Counted from the stretch's first letter, positions 1-9,974 are shown. The stretch is 64,000 nt of DNA from Bdellovibrionales bacterium (GCA_031370005.1 JANMPT010000039.1:17761-81760); one strand, 5' to 3'. Notes: a model not told the origin generated them from the letters alone. A program made the numbers and translations.

Positions 1-546
1 TTGAGGGCTTGTCATGATGCTACACTTGTGGGGCGAGGCACAATTAAGACGGACAACCCCGCTTTGAATATTCGTCACGATCAGGTTGAAAAAACTAATA
101 AAGTTGTTGTGATTGATCCACGTGGCAGCCTGCTGAAATTAGCTTCGCAGCTACAGGTGACACGTCTTCATAGTTCTCAAAATCTTTTTTGGTGCTTGAG
201 CGATAAAAAACTTGATATTCGCAGTGTGCCTTTTGCGACACTACTAAAAATTAAAGAAAGCAAGGAAGGCTCCCTAGATTTGTCGGATCTTTTGCAGAAG
301 CTTTGGGACCTGGGACTTCGTTCAGTGATGATTGAAGGCGGAGGACTAACTGCTTCAGAATTTTTAAAAGCAGGGCTTGTGAATCGTCTTTATCTTTTTC
401 AGGCCCCGATGATCATCGGCGCTGAGGGGGGACGATCCTGGACGGCGACGCTTAATATCTCTGAGATGAAGCGACGACTTAGCTTAAAAAACTCTAAAAC
501 AATGGCTTTCGGTGATGATATTCTGATCACTGGGCGTTTATGCTGA
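1..546 (+). CDS. ribD: Riboflavin biosynthesis protein RibD, C-terminal reductase domain (5' truncated by window edge)
   Basis: DATLVGRGTIKTDNPAL, SVMIEGGG and LFQAPMIIG motifs of the RibD_C domain. Confidence 0.9.
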   Translation: MRACHDATLVGRGTIKTDNPALNIRHDQVEKTNKVVVIDPRGSLLKLASQLQVTRLHSSQNLFWCLSDKKLDIRSVPFATLLKIKESKEGSLDLSDLLQKLWDLGLRSVMIEGGGLTASEFLKAGLVNRLYLFQAPMIIGAEGGRSWTATLNISEMKRRLSLKNSKTMAFGDDILITGRLC

Positions 547-752
547 AAATTTTACAGGACGCAAGTCCATACGCTAGTGGTCAATTGTCAGGTAGCAGCG
601 AGCTTGTTTACCCCATGTGTGCTTATATTTGAATTGGCCATGACAACGCGAAGCATTCACTTCTGGTCTTTCGACAGCATAGCAAGGGAAGCGCTGCTTG
701 TGCTAAAATAAAAAAACAACAGGTTAACTGTTTGAGGAGTTCTTAAGTATTT

Positions 753-1166
753 ATGGGCGAAGACGGTAGTAGTATTAGTAGCAGATCAAGAGTAAAAAAT
801 TTAAAAAATGAATGGGCACTTTTCTGGGAGAGCATCGCAGGCGAAGGTCAAGAGGCTAACAGCTTTGAGACTGGCAGGTTGGAGGTTCTTAATCCAGATC
901 AACTTCGAGACATCATCAAAGCATTAAGCCAAGATCGTAAGCGCTTAAACCAAAAACTAGAGTCTCTTCATAAAGAGCTGGAGCTTAATTCTGCTAAGTT
1001 GGAAAGCATCCGTCTAGTGGGTGGTGAGGATGATGAAACTCTCAAGAGAATTAATGAGCTGAGTGACATTGGCCAGATTTTAAGCGAGCAACTTAACAAA
1101 CTAGACGAAAAAATTAAGTGGACCAGAGTTCGCCAAGAAGAGGTTCAGGCCGAGCCTAGAGTATAG
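753..1166 (+). CDS. Hypothetical coiled-coil protein
   Basis: 137-aa ORF, GAGGAG upstream, heptad-rich C-terminal half. Confidence 0.7.
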   Translation: MGEDGSSISSRSRVKNLKNEWALFWESIAGEGQEANSFETGRLEVLNPDQLRDIIKALSQDRKRLNQKLESLHKELELNSAKLESIRLVGGEDDETLKRINELSDIGQILSEQLNKLDEKIKWTRVRQEEVQAEPRV

Positions 1167-1309
1167 TCTAGGCCTGCTTTTCTGCCGCTTTTGGTCGCGG
1201 ATTTTTTCTTTTTCAGAGGATCCCAGACTCCAGTTTCCGAGCCCAATAACCGTTAACTTAGTTAGCGGTTATTAAGACCGTTAAAGTAATTTGATGGCGG
1301 TGCGGAAAT

Positions 1310-2998
1310 ATGTCGTTCAATTATCACAAAAATAAAGAAGGACATTCACAAGACAATTTTTGGACGTCTTATTCAGATCTCTTTTTGGGTCTGAGTACGA
1401 TCTTTTTATTGTTGTATGTGATTTCTAGTCTTCGAACAAGCACAGACGCGATTCGTACACAAGTTGAGTCCCAAAAGCTCTCTATGGAAGTTAATGAGCT
1501 AAAGGGACAGCTCCAAATGTATGAGAACGTGAAAAATGAGTATATGAACAATGCCCCAAAGGATGAGGTTCAAGAGTACCAAGAGCTGATGGATAAGCTA
1601 ACACTTTTGCAGGAAGATGCAAAAACGGAAAAAGATAAGCTAGTTGAGCAGGCTGTAGAAAACGACAAGAAAGCGAAAGCCCTTAATAAGTATCAACAGA
1701 TGGTTCGCAATGTGATGAACGCCAACAAGATGGCGAAGTCAAAAATTGTGAATCGGGATGATCTAATTAAAGACCAAGACGTGACAATCGAGACCAAAGA
1801 CAACGAAATTGGTGATTTACAAAAAGATATCCAACAGAAAAAACATTTGATAGCTGAAGGCGAAAGAAAAATCGACGACGCTAATAATTATTTGAAATCA
1901 AAAGCCATCGAGTTGAAACAGGCATTGCGGACCAATAAGATTTCCAAACAAAGATATAATGCGCGTATGGCTCAAGTCCGTGCAGAGAACGACAAGCGTG
2001 TGAATCAATTGGCCTTGGCAAACGAAAAGTATTCAGAGCAGCTTGAAGCAACAACTGGCCAACTAAAGCAAGTTAGCACTCAGTTAAATCAAACGAATAG
2101 TCAATTGGCTCAAACCCAGGGGGCCCTCGCACAAAAAGAAGGCGAGGCTCGTGGTCTCTATGGCGAGTTACAAAAACAAGCGGCTGAAGGTCAGGCAAAG
2201 ATTACTGGACTCCAGGCAGGTTTTGCGGCTGAGAAGGCGCGTGAGCGTGCATTGTTTGATTCGCAACTTGGAAAAAATAAAGCAATGGGTGCCGCAGAAA
2301 GAGCTCGCCGGGAAGGCCAATTTAAGGCAGCGATGGCGGCAAAGGAGCGTGAGCTAGGCGGCAAGTTGGCCGCTCTCGGCGGTCAATTAAAAAATACAGA
2401 AGGCCAGTTGGCAAAAGCTAAAGCAGAAATCGAAGCCCGCAAGTCTGTCGCAGACGAAGTTAAAAAGGGTTTTGCTAGAGCAGGAATCAAGGCTGATATT
2501 GATATGGAGACCGGCGATGTCGTTCTTGATTTTGGTCAAGCATATTTTGATAGCGACTCAGATCACCTCAAAAACGAAATGAAAAATGTTCTTGAAAAAG
2601 CCATGCCAATATACTCGAGGTCATTATTTGGTAATCCTAAGATCTCTGATAAAATTTCAGCAGTTGAGATTGTCGGCTTTGCTTCGCCGACCTATAAAGG
2701 GCGGTTCATCGACCCGAAGAGTCCCAATCCCGAGGACAAACAGGCTATCAAATATAATATGGATTTAAGCTATCGACGTGCCAATGCAATTTTTGGATAT
2801 GTTTTGGACGACAATAATATGAAATTTCAGCATCAAAAAGAGTTGGTTTCTTTAATGAAAGTATCGGGGCGAAGTTTTTTGGAAACCTTGCCTGCGGGTA
2901 ACAGAAATGTGGCTAATGCGAATGAGTTTTGTAAGCAGAATGATTGCAAAAAAGCACAAAGAGTCATTATTCGATTTAATGTGGATCAAAAAAAATAA
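1310..2998 (+). CDS. MotB/ZorB-like membrane protein: N-terminal TM helix with conserved Asp, long coiled coil, C-terminal OmpA-like peptidoglycan-binding domain
   Basis: FWTSYSDLFLGL..IFLLLYV TM motif; about 330 aa of heptads; YFDSDS...VEIVGFAS...YNMDLSYRRA...VSGRSF...QRVIIRF OmpA_C-like motifs. Confidence 0.8.
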   Translation: MSFNYHKNKEGHSQDNFWTSYSDLFLGLSTIFLLLYVISSLRTSTDAIRTQVESQKLSMEVNELKGQLQMYENVKNEYMNNAPKDEVQEYQELMDKLTLLQEDAKTEKDKLVEQAVENDKKAKALNKYQQMVRNVMNANKMAKSKIVNRDDLIKDQDVTIETKDNEIGDLQKDIQQKKHLIAEGERKIDDANNYLKSKAIELKQALRTNKISKQRYNARMAQVRAENDKRVNQLALANEKYSEQLEATTGQLKQVSTQLNQTNSQLAQTQGALAQKEGEARGLYGELQKQAAEGQAKITGLQAGFAAEKARERALFDSQLGKNKAMGAAERARREGQFKAAMAAKERELGGKLAALGGQLKNTEGQLAKAKAEIEARKSVADEVKKGFARAGIKADIDMETGDVVLDFGQAYFDSDSDHLKNEMKNVLEKAMPIYSRSLFGNPKISDKISAVEIVGFASPTYKGRFIDPKSPNPEDKQAIKYNMDLSYRRANAIFGYVLDDNNMKFQHQKELVSLMKVSGRSFLETLPAGNRNVANANEFCKQNDCKKAQRVIIRFNVDQKK

Positions 2999-3010
2999 AA
3001 GAGGTGTGTT

Positions 3011-3940
3011 GTGAATGCTAAAACAATCGCAGAATATTTTATAATATGCCTGCCCTATGCAATGGCGAGTGTGTTTGTTTGTGGAGTCGCTTTCCGTGCG
3101 ATTATCTATTATACAGTTCGACGTCATGAGTGGTTTGCTCGTGAATTCGAAAAACGCGTCAATCGTTTCATGGAAACCGAAGTGCCAGGAAGAGCCCAAG
3201 GCGTTTCTTTCTTCGTTCTTTCAAAAAGAATGCTAGAAAGGACCTACTATGAGGTATTTGAGATCCGAGATCGCATGAAAAGAAGAAGACCTGATATTAT
3301 GATGAGCTGGAGTGACCGCCTCTTTTTGGTAAAACAAGGCTGCGCTTGGCTAGTGAAAGACATCTTAAAGCAAATAAAGTTCTTAAAATGGACGGAGGAC
3401 ACTCCGAAGCTATTAAATATTACAAAAGCAACTCTTCAACACAACCCGTGCTTTAACCGCGTTTTCGGTGTTTTTCCAATGGTTGGGCTAAATGATATTA
3501 TTTCGATTCTTCCAGGGCTTTTTGTAGTTGCCGGTATCCTGGGTACTTTCATCGGGATTTCAAGTGGATTGAACGACTTGGGGGGAATGAATCTTCAGGA
3601 TTTGGAAAACACTAAAAATATCATGGATAAGTTCCTTCACGAGATTTCTTTCGCAATGAAGTCATCCATTGTGGGGATTGTACTTTCGTTATTAAGCCAC
3701 GTGGTAAACACAATGATGTCTCCGGAAAGATCTTACGTTTCCATGGTCGACCGCTTTGAAAGTGCGATGGATCTTCTTTGGTATCGCAGCGATAACAACG
3801 AATATCCTGCGGATAATAAACCATTTGATGAACACAAGGACGCTGTTGATGCACTAGCTGAAGATGCGTTAAATAAAGAAATTAACAGAGGTATGAGAAC
3901 TCGCGAAATGCTTGAGGTCCGTAAACCGAAAGCATCTTAG
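3011..3940 (+). CDS. MotA/TolQ/ExbB-family (ZorA-like) proton-channel membrane protein
   Basis: Three TM segments; LPGLFVVAGILGTFIGISSGL and ISFAMKSSIVGIVLSL match the MotA/ExbB/ZorA channel helices. Confidence 0.75.
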   Translation: MNAKTIAEYFIICLPYAMASVFVCGVAFRAIIYYTVRRHEWFAREFEKRVNRFMETEVPGRAQGVSFFVLSKRMLERTYYEVFEIRDRMKRRRPDIMMSWSDRLFLVKQGCAWLVKDILKQIKFLKWTEDTPKLLNITKATLQHNPCFNRVFGVFPMVGLNDIISILPGLFVVAGILGTFIGISSGLNDLGGMNLQDLENTKNIMDKFLHEISFAMKSSIVGIVLSLLSHVVNTMMSPERSYVSMVDRFESAMDLLWYRSDNNEYPADNKPFDEHKDAVDALAEDALNKEINRGMRTREMLEVRKPKAS

Positions 3941-3968
3941 CTAGCTCTTATGTTATGGGAACTAAAAG

Positions 3969-6281
3969 ATGTTGAATACTGTTTGTCGCTATACAGTTAA
4001 GGTCCATCGAAAGGACCAAACAATGATAAAAATCGTGAATGAATCCTCATTCACGATTGGTCGTTCCATGGACTGTACAATTCCACTAACAGAAGACAGC
4101 ATTAGCCGCGTGCATATCGTCGTACATCGTCGTCAAGATCAGATTTGGATTGAGGATAAAGGCTCTTCCAATGGAACATTTGTGAATAATGTTCGTATCG
4201 CGCAAAATTCTTTAGTGAATGTGGTCGCCAATGATCGCATTCGCGTAGGTAAATCAGATTACATTGTTAGTATCGCTCTTGAGGTTGTAGAAAAAGAAGA
4301 CGGGTCTCCAAAAACGGTAGGCAACGCCGAAGAAACAGAACTGCTCAGTGCGAAACAGGCACTTCAGCCGACCTTAATGCCGAAAGACAAAGCTGCGATA
4401 AAATCAGAGCAACGACCCGAGCGTCTTGAGCCAAAGCAAGAGGCAAAAGCGAAAAATGAAGCTCCTGAGTATAATAATGATCATCCGCAGTTTGAAGGCG
4501 AAAGAATTATTCACGAGGCGCACAAAAAGGCGGCACAAATTATTTATGACGGCGAGGTGCAGGCTGAAAAGAGAGTTCAGGCCATTCACATTGAGGCCCG
4601 TGATCGTCAGGCACAAGCAGAGATTTTCTATAAAAAGAAAATTTATGAGGCCCACAAAGAGGCTGATAATATTCTTATTACCTTTCAAAAGCAGGGCCAA
4701 GAACTTCTGGAACAGGCAAGACAATTGGCACACGAAATTCGTGATGAGATCGACTTGTTCTCTCAAAATCTTCGAGAGAAAGCTCGTAAGGAAGCGGAAG
4801 AAATTAGCGATGAGGCACGCCAAGAGGCCGAGCTGCTGAAGCAAGAGGCCTACGAGAAAGCCCGAAGCAAAGCGGAGATCGAAGCCGAAGACCTGGTTGT
4901 AAGCGCCAATGCGGAGTCTCAAGATATTTTGAACTTTGCGACACAGCAAGCTGCCGCAATGCTAACGAAAGCCCGCACCGAAATGGAATCAGAGCTGCAG
5001 GGTCTTAAAGAACAGCTTGAGGAAAAGAAAAAGAACCTCAGCATTTTCAAAAAAGAACAAGAAGAGTTTAATATAAAAGCCCTTGGTGACCAAGAAGAGT
5101 TAGAAAGAAAGATTTTGGAGTCCAAGAGTGAGTATCAAGCACTCTTTGAACAACTTGAAAAGGCACAACGCGAACTTAGGGAAGCGCGTACTGAGGATGG
5201 CAATCTTCAAGAAAAAATACGAGATCAGAAGAAGGCTAGTGCTGAGTTGGAACACCAAATTGGCCAACTTTACGGAGATACAAAGACTCTTGAGAGAAAA
5301 AACAAAGAGCTACAGGAGCATTTGGGTCACTTTAGTTTAGATATTCAGGCGGCGGAAGAAAAAAAGAAAATGATGGAAAACGATTTAACTCAACAAAAGG
5401 CACTTCTTAGTGAGCGTCTTGAAAAAGAAAGCCAACAAATAATTAATGAGTCAGAAGAACGGATTCAGGAATCCCAACTAGAGATGAACAAACGCTTGCA
5501 AAAGCTTGAACGCGAAATGTTAGAAGAGATCATGGGTCGTAAAGAAACCTTGGTTAAAGACATCATCGTAATTATCGAAACGCGCATTGCGAAGGTTTTA
5601 GAGCCTGCGAAATGGGATCTGGTTTCGAGTCAAATTTTTGAAGGCATTTCTGAGACTCTCGAAGGAAAGTCAGTTAGTTTCAGCGAAAATACAAAGGCGC
5701 CAAAGCAGTCGGCTTCTTTACAAAGAAAGAAAAAGAGAGATAACCTTCGTTGGATGACAGGTGGAATCACGGCTGGAATTGTTGTTTCTTTCTTAGGGTT
5801 ACATACTTACAGTAGAATTTTGAGAGATAAGAGCCCAATGAGAACGATTGCGGCTGAGGAAAGTCGCAAGCGGCAAGAGGATCTTGATCGTCGCAAGTTT
5901 AATCCGACTCAGGTGACTGAGATTAAAGATACCTATACAGATGCAGTTATTTACACCTCAGGCTTTGTGGCGGCATATCAAAATCCAGTATATCAGCAGA
6001 AGCTTTATAAAGCCGCGTCCGCATATTTGTTAAAAACTTGGCGTGTGGATGAAGACAAATCTATTCAAGTACTTTCAATGTCAAGTGCCTTGATCAAAGA
6101 GTTGAATGACAGGAGACAAAGCATTCATCCCGATTATATCAAAGATGGTATTGCAAAAATGCACGCACTTGAAAAAGAAAGTTTAGATAGGATGAAGATT
6201 CTTTTGGGCTCAGAAGTACGCCTAGAGTCTTACCGACGGTTCGAAAGAAAATTTTTCGAATCCGAGATTCTAAGGAAATAA
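3969..6281 (+). CDS. FHA-domain protein with long coiled coil and C-terminal TM helix
   Basis: TIGRS...ISRVH...IEDKGSSNGTFVN FHA motif; E/A/K-rich heptads; hydrophobic WMTGGITAGIVVSFLGL near residue 600. Confidence 0.85.
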   Translation: MLNTVCRYTVKVHRKDQTMIKIVNESSFTIGRSMDCTIPLTEDSISRVHIVVHRRQDQIWIEDKGSSNGTFVNNVRIAQNSLVNVVANDRIRVGKSDYIVSIALEVVEKEDGSPKTVGNAEETELLSAKQALQPTLMPKDKAAIKSEQRPERLEPKQEAKAKNEAPEYNNDHPQFEGERIIHEAHKKAAQIIYDGEVQAEKRVQAIHIEARDRQAQAEIFYKKKIYEAHKEADNILITFQKQGQELLEQARQLAHEIRDEIDLFSQNLREKARKEAEEISDEARQEAELLKQEAYEKARSKAEIEAEDLVVSANAESQDILNFATQQAAAMLTKARTEMESELQGLKEQLEEKKKNLSIFKKEQEEFNIKALGDQEELERKILESKSEYQALFEQLEKAQRELREARTEDGNLQEKIRDQKKASAELEHQIGQLYGDTKTLERKNKELQEHLGHFSLDIQAAEEKKKMMENDLTQQKALLSERLEKESQQIINESEERIQESQLEMNKRLQKLEREMLEEIMGRKETLVKDIIVIIETRIAKVLEPAKWDLVSSQIFEGISETLEGKSVSFSENTKAPKQSASLQRKKKRDNLRWMTGGITAGIVVSFLGLHTYSRILRDKSPMRTIAAEESRKRQEDLDRRKFNPTQVTEIKDTYTDAVIYTSGFVAAYQNPVYQQKLYKAASAYLLKTWRVDEDKSIQVLSMSSALIKELNDRRQSIHPDYIKDGIAKMHALEKESLDRMKILLGSEVRLESYRRFERKFFESEILRK

Positions 6282-6291
6282 GCTGCTTGTT

Positions 6292-7080
6292 TCAACGATG
6301 TTTTTTTCGAAGCTCATTGTATTCTTGAAGCTTTCGAATGCACTGCTGTAGTACAGTTTCGAGAATCATCCATTCTTTTTTGGTAGGAGTATTTTGCAGA
6401 AGCATTCTGCGCAGTACAGTGTAGGCATTCATTTTCTTTTTTGACAGATCAAAACCCAGTTCTAAAAGTAAGGTTCTGAGTGTTTCATCAGGATTGATAC
6501 CTTCAATACCTTGGGGTACTCGCCGTTGATCTCCGCCGTCAAGCGGTGTGCGCTCTCTGCCGCCCCAGATTTTACGCAGTGAGAACATTGCAAGTAGGGT
6601 GGCCTGGGCAAGGTTTAAACTCCAGTTATCACCAAAGGTTGGAATGCAGGCGCAGAAGTTTGCGATTTCAAGGTCTGCATTGCTTAAGCCCCAGTCTTCG
6701 GGGCCGAAAATCAAATGAACAGGGTAAGGAGTCTGATCCTCGTTTTTAGATTGAAACTGAGGAGATTTTTCCTTGATATCTGAAAGGATGTCATCGATGT
6801 CGCGAACTTGACGACCTCTACCATCACGAGCTGAAAAACAGATTTTAATACTTTCGGACTCATTTTTTAAAAACTCAGCCCATGTATTATACGTAATGCG
6901 GTTTTGTAATCCAGCCTGGCCAGTGGCTGCGGTTTGTTGGGCTTCGTAGGTAATTTCGCACTGGGGATCGACAAGAACTAAATGATCAAAGCCCATATTG
7001 CTCATCGCACGAGAGGTCGCGCCAATGTTGCGTTCATAAATGGTGCGAACAAGAACAATGCGGACTTCAAAGCTGCGCAT
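6292..7080 (-). CDS. trmJ: SPOUT tRNA/rRNA methyltransferase, TrmJ/LasT family
   Basis: NIGATSRAMSNMG, LIFGPEDWGLSN, SLNLAQA motifs. Confidence 0.85.
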   Translation of the reverse strand: MRSFEVRIVLVRTIYERNIGATSRAMSNMGFDHLVLVDPQCEITYEAQQTAATGQAGLQNRITYNTWAEFLKNESESIKICFSARDGRGRQVRDIDDILSDIKEKSPQFQSKNEDQTPYPVHLIFGPEDWGLSNADLEIANFCACIPTFGDNWSLNLAQATLLAMFSLRKIWGGRERTPLDGGDQRRVPQGIEGINPDETLRTLLLELGFDLSKKKMNAYTVLRRMLLQNTPTKKEWMILETVLQQCIRKLQEYNELRKKHR

Positions 7081-8806
7081 GTGCTAAACCATCCCGAATC
7101 ATTGAGCTCACCTTGGGATACTGAGCTGCAAGCATTTCAAGATCTTCATGTAGTTTTTGCCTTAGATTTGTACCTGGAGCTCGACTAACAAGCAGCTCAT
7201 AAGCTTCGAGTCTTAACAGCCAATCTGTTTTAAATTTTTGATCGTGCTTCATTAAAATGTTACGCAATCTGCTTTCTAGTTCCTCACCCTGGATTTTTTG
7301 CTCACGAATTTCGCGAATATTCGCATACTGCACGTGGAATAGCTTTTCCTCATCAGAGTAAACGCGTTGAGGAACGCGGCTAGCAAGGAAGTCGTCGGTT
7401 TCGCCAAAGGCCTCGCGGTCAGCAGGGCCGCCAAAAACTGAGGGCACGGAGGAGCCAATGACCATATCAAAAGTTCCCCAGGAGGGATCAAAAAGAACGC
7501 GATCTTGATAAGTAGCCTTTGCATTGGTCAAAGATAAGATAATGGTTTTACCTTCCTGCTCCACGCGGCCATTGAAGGTCCCTGTCACATGAATGCCACT
7601 GGTGAATTCGAGGTCTAATTTTTTACCAGGGGCCGCGCTGAGTAAATCCCACTGGCTGTCAGAAAGCTCTGAAGGGCAAATGTTGGGGAAGTTTTTGAGT
7701 TTTCCGATGGGTGTTCCAAAGCCCTGAGAATGATAAGCAGTTCCATGGCCATGGAGTTCCACATTTTTATAGGACAGTTGGCAAGGGCCTTGGAAGCGCA
7801 GGTAGGCCACTTCTAGTGAGGGATGCGGCGGAGTTAGGGCTTCAATCGCAACGCCCGAGATTTGAATTCCAGAGTTGAGTTGTATGGTATTTACAGATTC
7901 AGCCCGAATGGCTTTTTGTACACTAATCAAGCCGCCATTGCGGAAGGCCATTTGATCCGCCATTTCGTTTAGGACCTTCACGAGAGTCTTGAAATCAGGA
8001 GTCACAAATAACAGAGGCTGAGGCTCCGTGATATCATAACCCTGTTTAATGCAAGCGATAGTGAGAGGAACCTTTTTCACTGTGTCACTCAAGTACCATT
8101 TGGCCTCGCCGACACTCGAAAGTAGACCAGCTCCCAAAATCTTAGGATTTTTTATTTCGCCGATAAGACCATACTCTGCGGTCCACCAATTCATACGGCC
8201 AAGTTCGGCGGCTTCAGAAATATATTTAATATTCTTCGCGACTCTTTCGAGCTTTTCTTCAGATGCTTTGATTTGTTCAGGTGAGGAGGAAGGGCTTTCT
8301 TTGATGTCAGAAAGCTCGCGAATGGCTTCGTAGAGGTCGATATCTTCTTTGCTAATAATTGCATTGCGAGAAACCTGAGCATACTGACGAAGATAGTCGG
8401 CAAACTCTGGATTTGCCAAAATCGGGGCATGGCCTGCAGCTTCATGAACGATATCTGGAGCTGGAGTGTATTGCAAATGCTCCAGAGTACGCATATCAGT
8501 AGCCACGGGTAGAATACCCAAAGATTGAAGCTCCATAAAGGCCGCTGGCGGAATGAAACCACTGACTGGTATAGCTCTCCAGCCAAACTTTTGCAGTTTG
8601 GCACTGATTTTTTCTATATGGGGAATGCTCTCGATTTCAATTCCGGTTTTCTCAAGGCCCTCAAGATAAGACTCATGGGCATGGACAGATAAAAAAGCCG
8701 TCAGTTGACGTAAAACATAACGCCAAGAAGCCTGCTCCACTGGTGTGTATTTAGTATAATTTTGCTCAACAACGTATTTGCGAAGGTGTTGTGGAAGGGT
8801 TTCCAT
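7067..8806 (-). CDS. phhA: Phenylalanine 4-monooxygenase (long form with C-terminal extension)
   Basis: YTPAPDIVHEAAGHAP, WWTAEYGL, GAGLLSS iron-binding motifs. Confidence 0.9.
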   Translation of the reverse strand: METLPQHLRKYVVEQNYTKYTPVEQASWRYVLRQLTAFLSVHAHESYLEGLEKTGIEIESIPHIEKISAKLQKFGWRAIPVSGFIPPAAFMELQSLGILPVATDMRTLEHLQYTPAPDIVHEAAGHAPILANPEFADYLRQYAQVSRNAIISKEDIDLYEAIRELSDIKESPSSSPEQIKASEEKLERVAKNIKYISEAAELGRMNWWTAEYGLIGEIKNPKILGAGLLSSVGEAKWYLSDTVKKVPLTIACIKQGYDITEPQPLLFVTPDFKTLVKVLNEMADQMAFRNGGLISVQKAIRAESVNTIQLNSGIQISGVAIEALTPPHPSLEVAYLRFQGPCQLSYKNVELHGHGTAYHSQGFGTPIGKLKNFPNICPSELSDSQWDLLSAAPGKKLDLEFTSGIHVTGTFNGRVEQEGKTIILSLTNAKATYQDRVLFDPSWGTFDMVIGSSVPSVFGGPADREAFGETDDFLASRVPQRVYSDEEKLFHVQYANIREIREQKIQGEELESRLRNILMKHDQKFKTDWLLRLEAYELLVSRAPGTNLRQKLHEDLEMLAAQYPKVSSMIRDGLAHAQL

Positions 8807-8816
8807 CTATTGTCCT

Positions 8817-9785
8817 TTACAGCCAAGGGTCTAACTTCGTGAGATAGTTTCTCACGTAGTCGTCTACTGCTTTTTCTAGAGGCCATTTGGCGGGGCTCAT
8901 CCCGGCTTTCAACCATTTTTCGGTTTTTGCTTCTGTGTAATACTGATACTGATCTCGGATATTTTTGGGCATTTCCAGCCAATTGATTTTCAATGGCTTA
9001 TCCAGGGCCGCAAACATAGCATTTGCAAGATCTAGCCAAGTACGAGGCTTGCCAAAGCCCATATTGTAAACGCCATTGACTGGCTTTTTTTCCATAAGTT
9101 CCGACATCCAACAAGTTATGTCCTTCACGTAAACAAAGTCACGCATGAACTCCCCGTCTTTGTATTTCGGATTCGCTGATTTAAATAAACCCAATGAGCT
9201 ATTTTCTTTTATTTGATTAAAAGCCTTAAACGCAACGCTCGACATAAAGTCTTTGTGGTATTCATTGGGACCAAAGACATTAAAAAACTTCAAACCATAC
9301 CAGAGTGGAGGAGTGTGAGTTTGCCTCACCGCCCAGCGATCAAAAAGGACTTTTGACTCTCCATAAAGATTTAAAGGCTTTAACTCCTCAGGATCTGTCA
9401 TGTCGTCAAAACCCAATTCGCCGGAACCATAGGTTGCTGCTGAACTTGCGTAGATCAGATTTTTTTTAAATTGCGTGCACCACTCAAAGATTCTTTGAGT
9501 GAAATAGGTATTGTTTTCCCACAGAAAATCCTTATCTGTTTCAGTGGTAGAGGAGCAGGCACCCATATGAATAATCCAAGTCACTTTATCTTGGGCCTCT
9601 TTACTATCAAGGAAAGGCCAGAGTTCGTCTTTGAGTAAGAATTTGGAGTACTCTCTGTGCTTCAGAACATTGCGGGCTTCAAGGCCGACTGAATCAACGC
9701 AGACAATATCAGTATTGCCCTTTTGATTGAGTTCCCAAACCATTGCACTGCCAATAAACCCATTTGCTCCAGTTACTACAATCAC
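8817..9785 (-). CDS. gmhD: ADP-L-glycero-D-manno-heptose 6-epimerase
   Basis: VTGANGFIGS, HMGACSSTTE, YASSAATYG, YGESK, FNVFGPNEYHK, RDFVYVKD. Confidence 0.93.
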   Translation of the reverse strand: MIVVTGANGFIGSAMVWELNQKGNTDIVCVDSVGLEARNVLKHREYSKFLLKDELWPFLDSKEAQDKVTWIIHMGACSSTTETDKDFLWENNTYFTQRIFEWCTQFKKNLIYASSAATYGSGELGFDDMTDPEELKPLNLYGESKVLFDRWAVRQTHTPPLWYGLKFFNVFGPNEYHKDFMSSVAFKAFNQIKENSSLGLFKSANPKYKDGEFMRDFVYVKDITCWMSELMEKKPVNGVYNMGFGKPRTWLDLANAMFAALDKPLKINWLEMPKNIRDQYQYYTEAKTEKWLKAGMSPAKWPLEKAVDDYVRNYLTKLDPWL

Positions 9786-9928
9786 CAGGTATTCTCCTTA
9801 ATCTTGCTTTTTACAATGTAGATAATTCACGATCTAAACTCAAGGTGCAAAGCCCCTAGTCAGCACTGAATTTTCTTTAAAACATCCATGCTGAAGACCA
9901 CTAGAGTCGAGCTGGAGCAAAAAAAGGG

Positions 9929-9944
9929 CGGCACAGGGGTTGCT
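9929..9944 (+). promoter_or_regulatory. Putative sigma54 (-24/-12) promoter of the S41 protease gene
   Basis: CGGCAC-AGGGG-TTGCT, followed by GGAGG RBS at 9961 and GTG at 9975. Confidence 0.6.
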
Positions 9945-9974
9945 AATTCTGAGCCTCATCGGAGGGCGTTTTAC

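Noticed and set aside
547..752. Possible riboswitch or ncRNA after ribD
   Set aside because: It lies downstream of ribD, has no FMN riboswitch consensus and only weak hairpins
4404..4949. 181-aa antisense ORF and similar short overlapping ORFs throughout the track
   Set aside because: Shadow frames of well-supported genes with no independent signals
1310..6281. Canonical Zorya anti-phage system
   Set aside because: No zorC, zorD or zorE, reversed gene order and no long ZorA tail; kept only as Zorya-like
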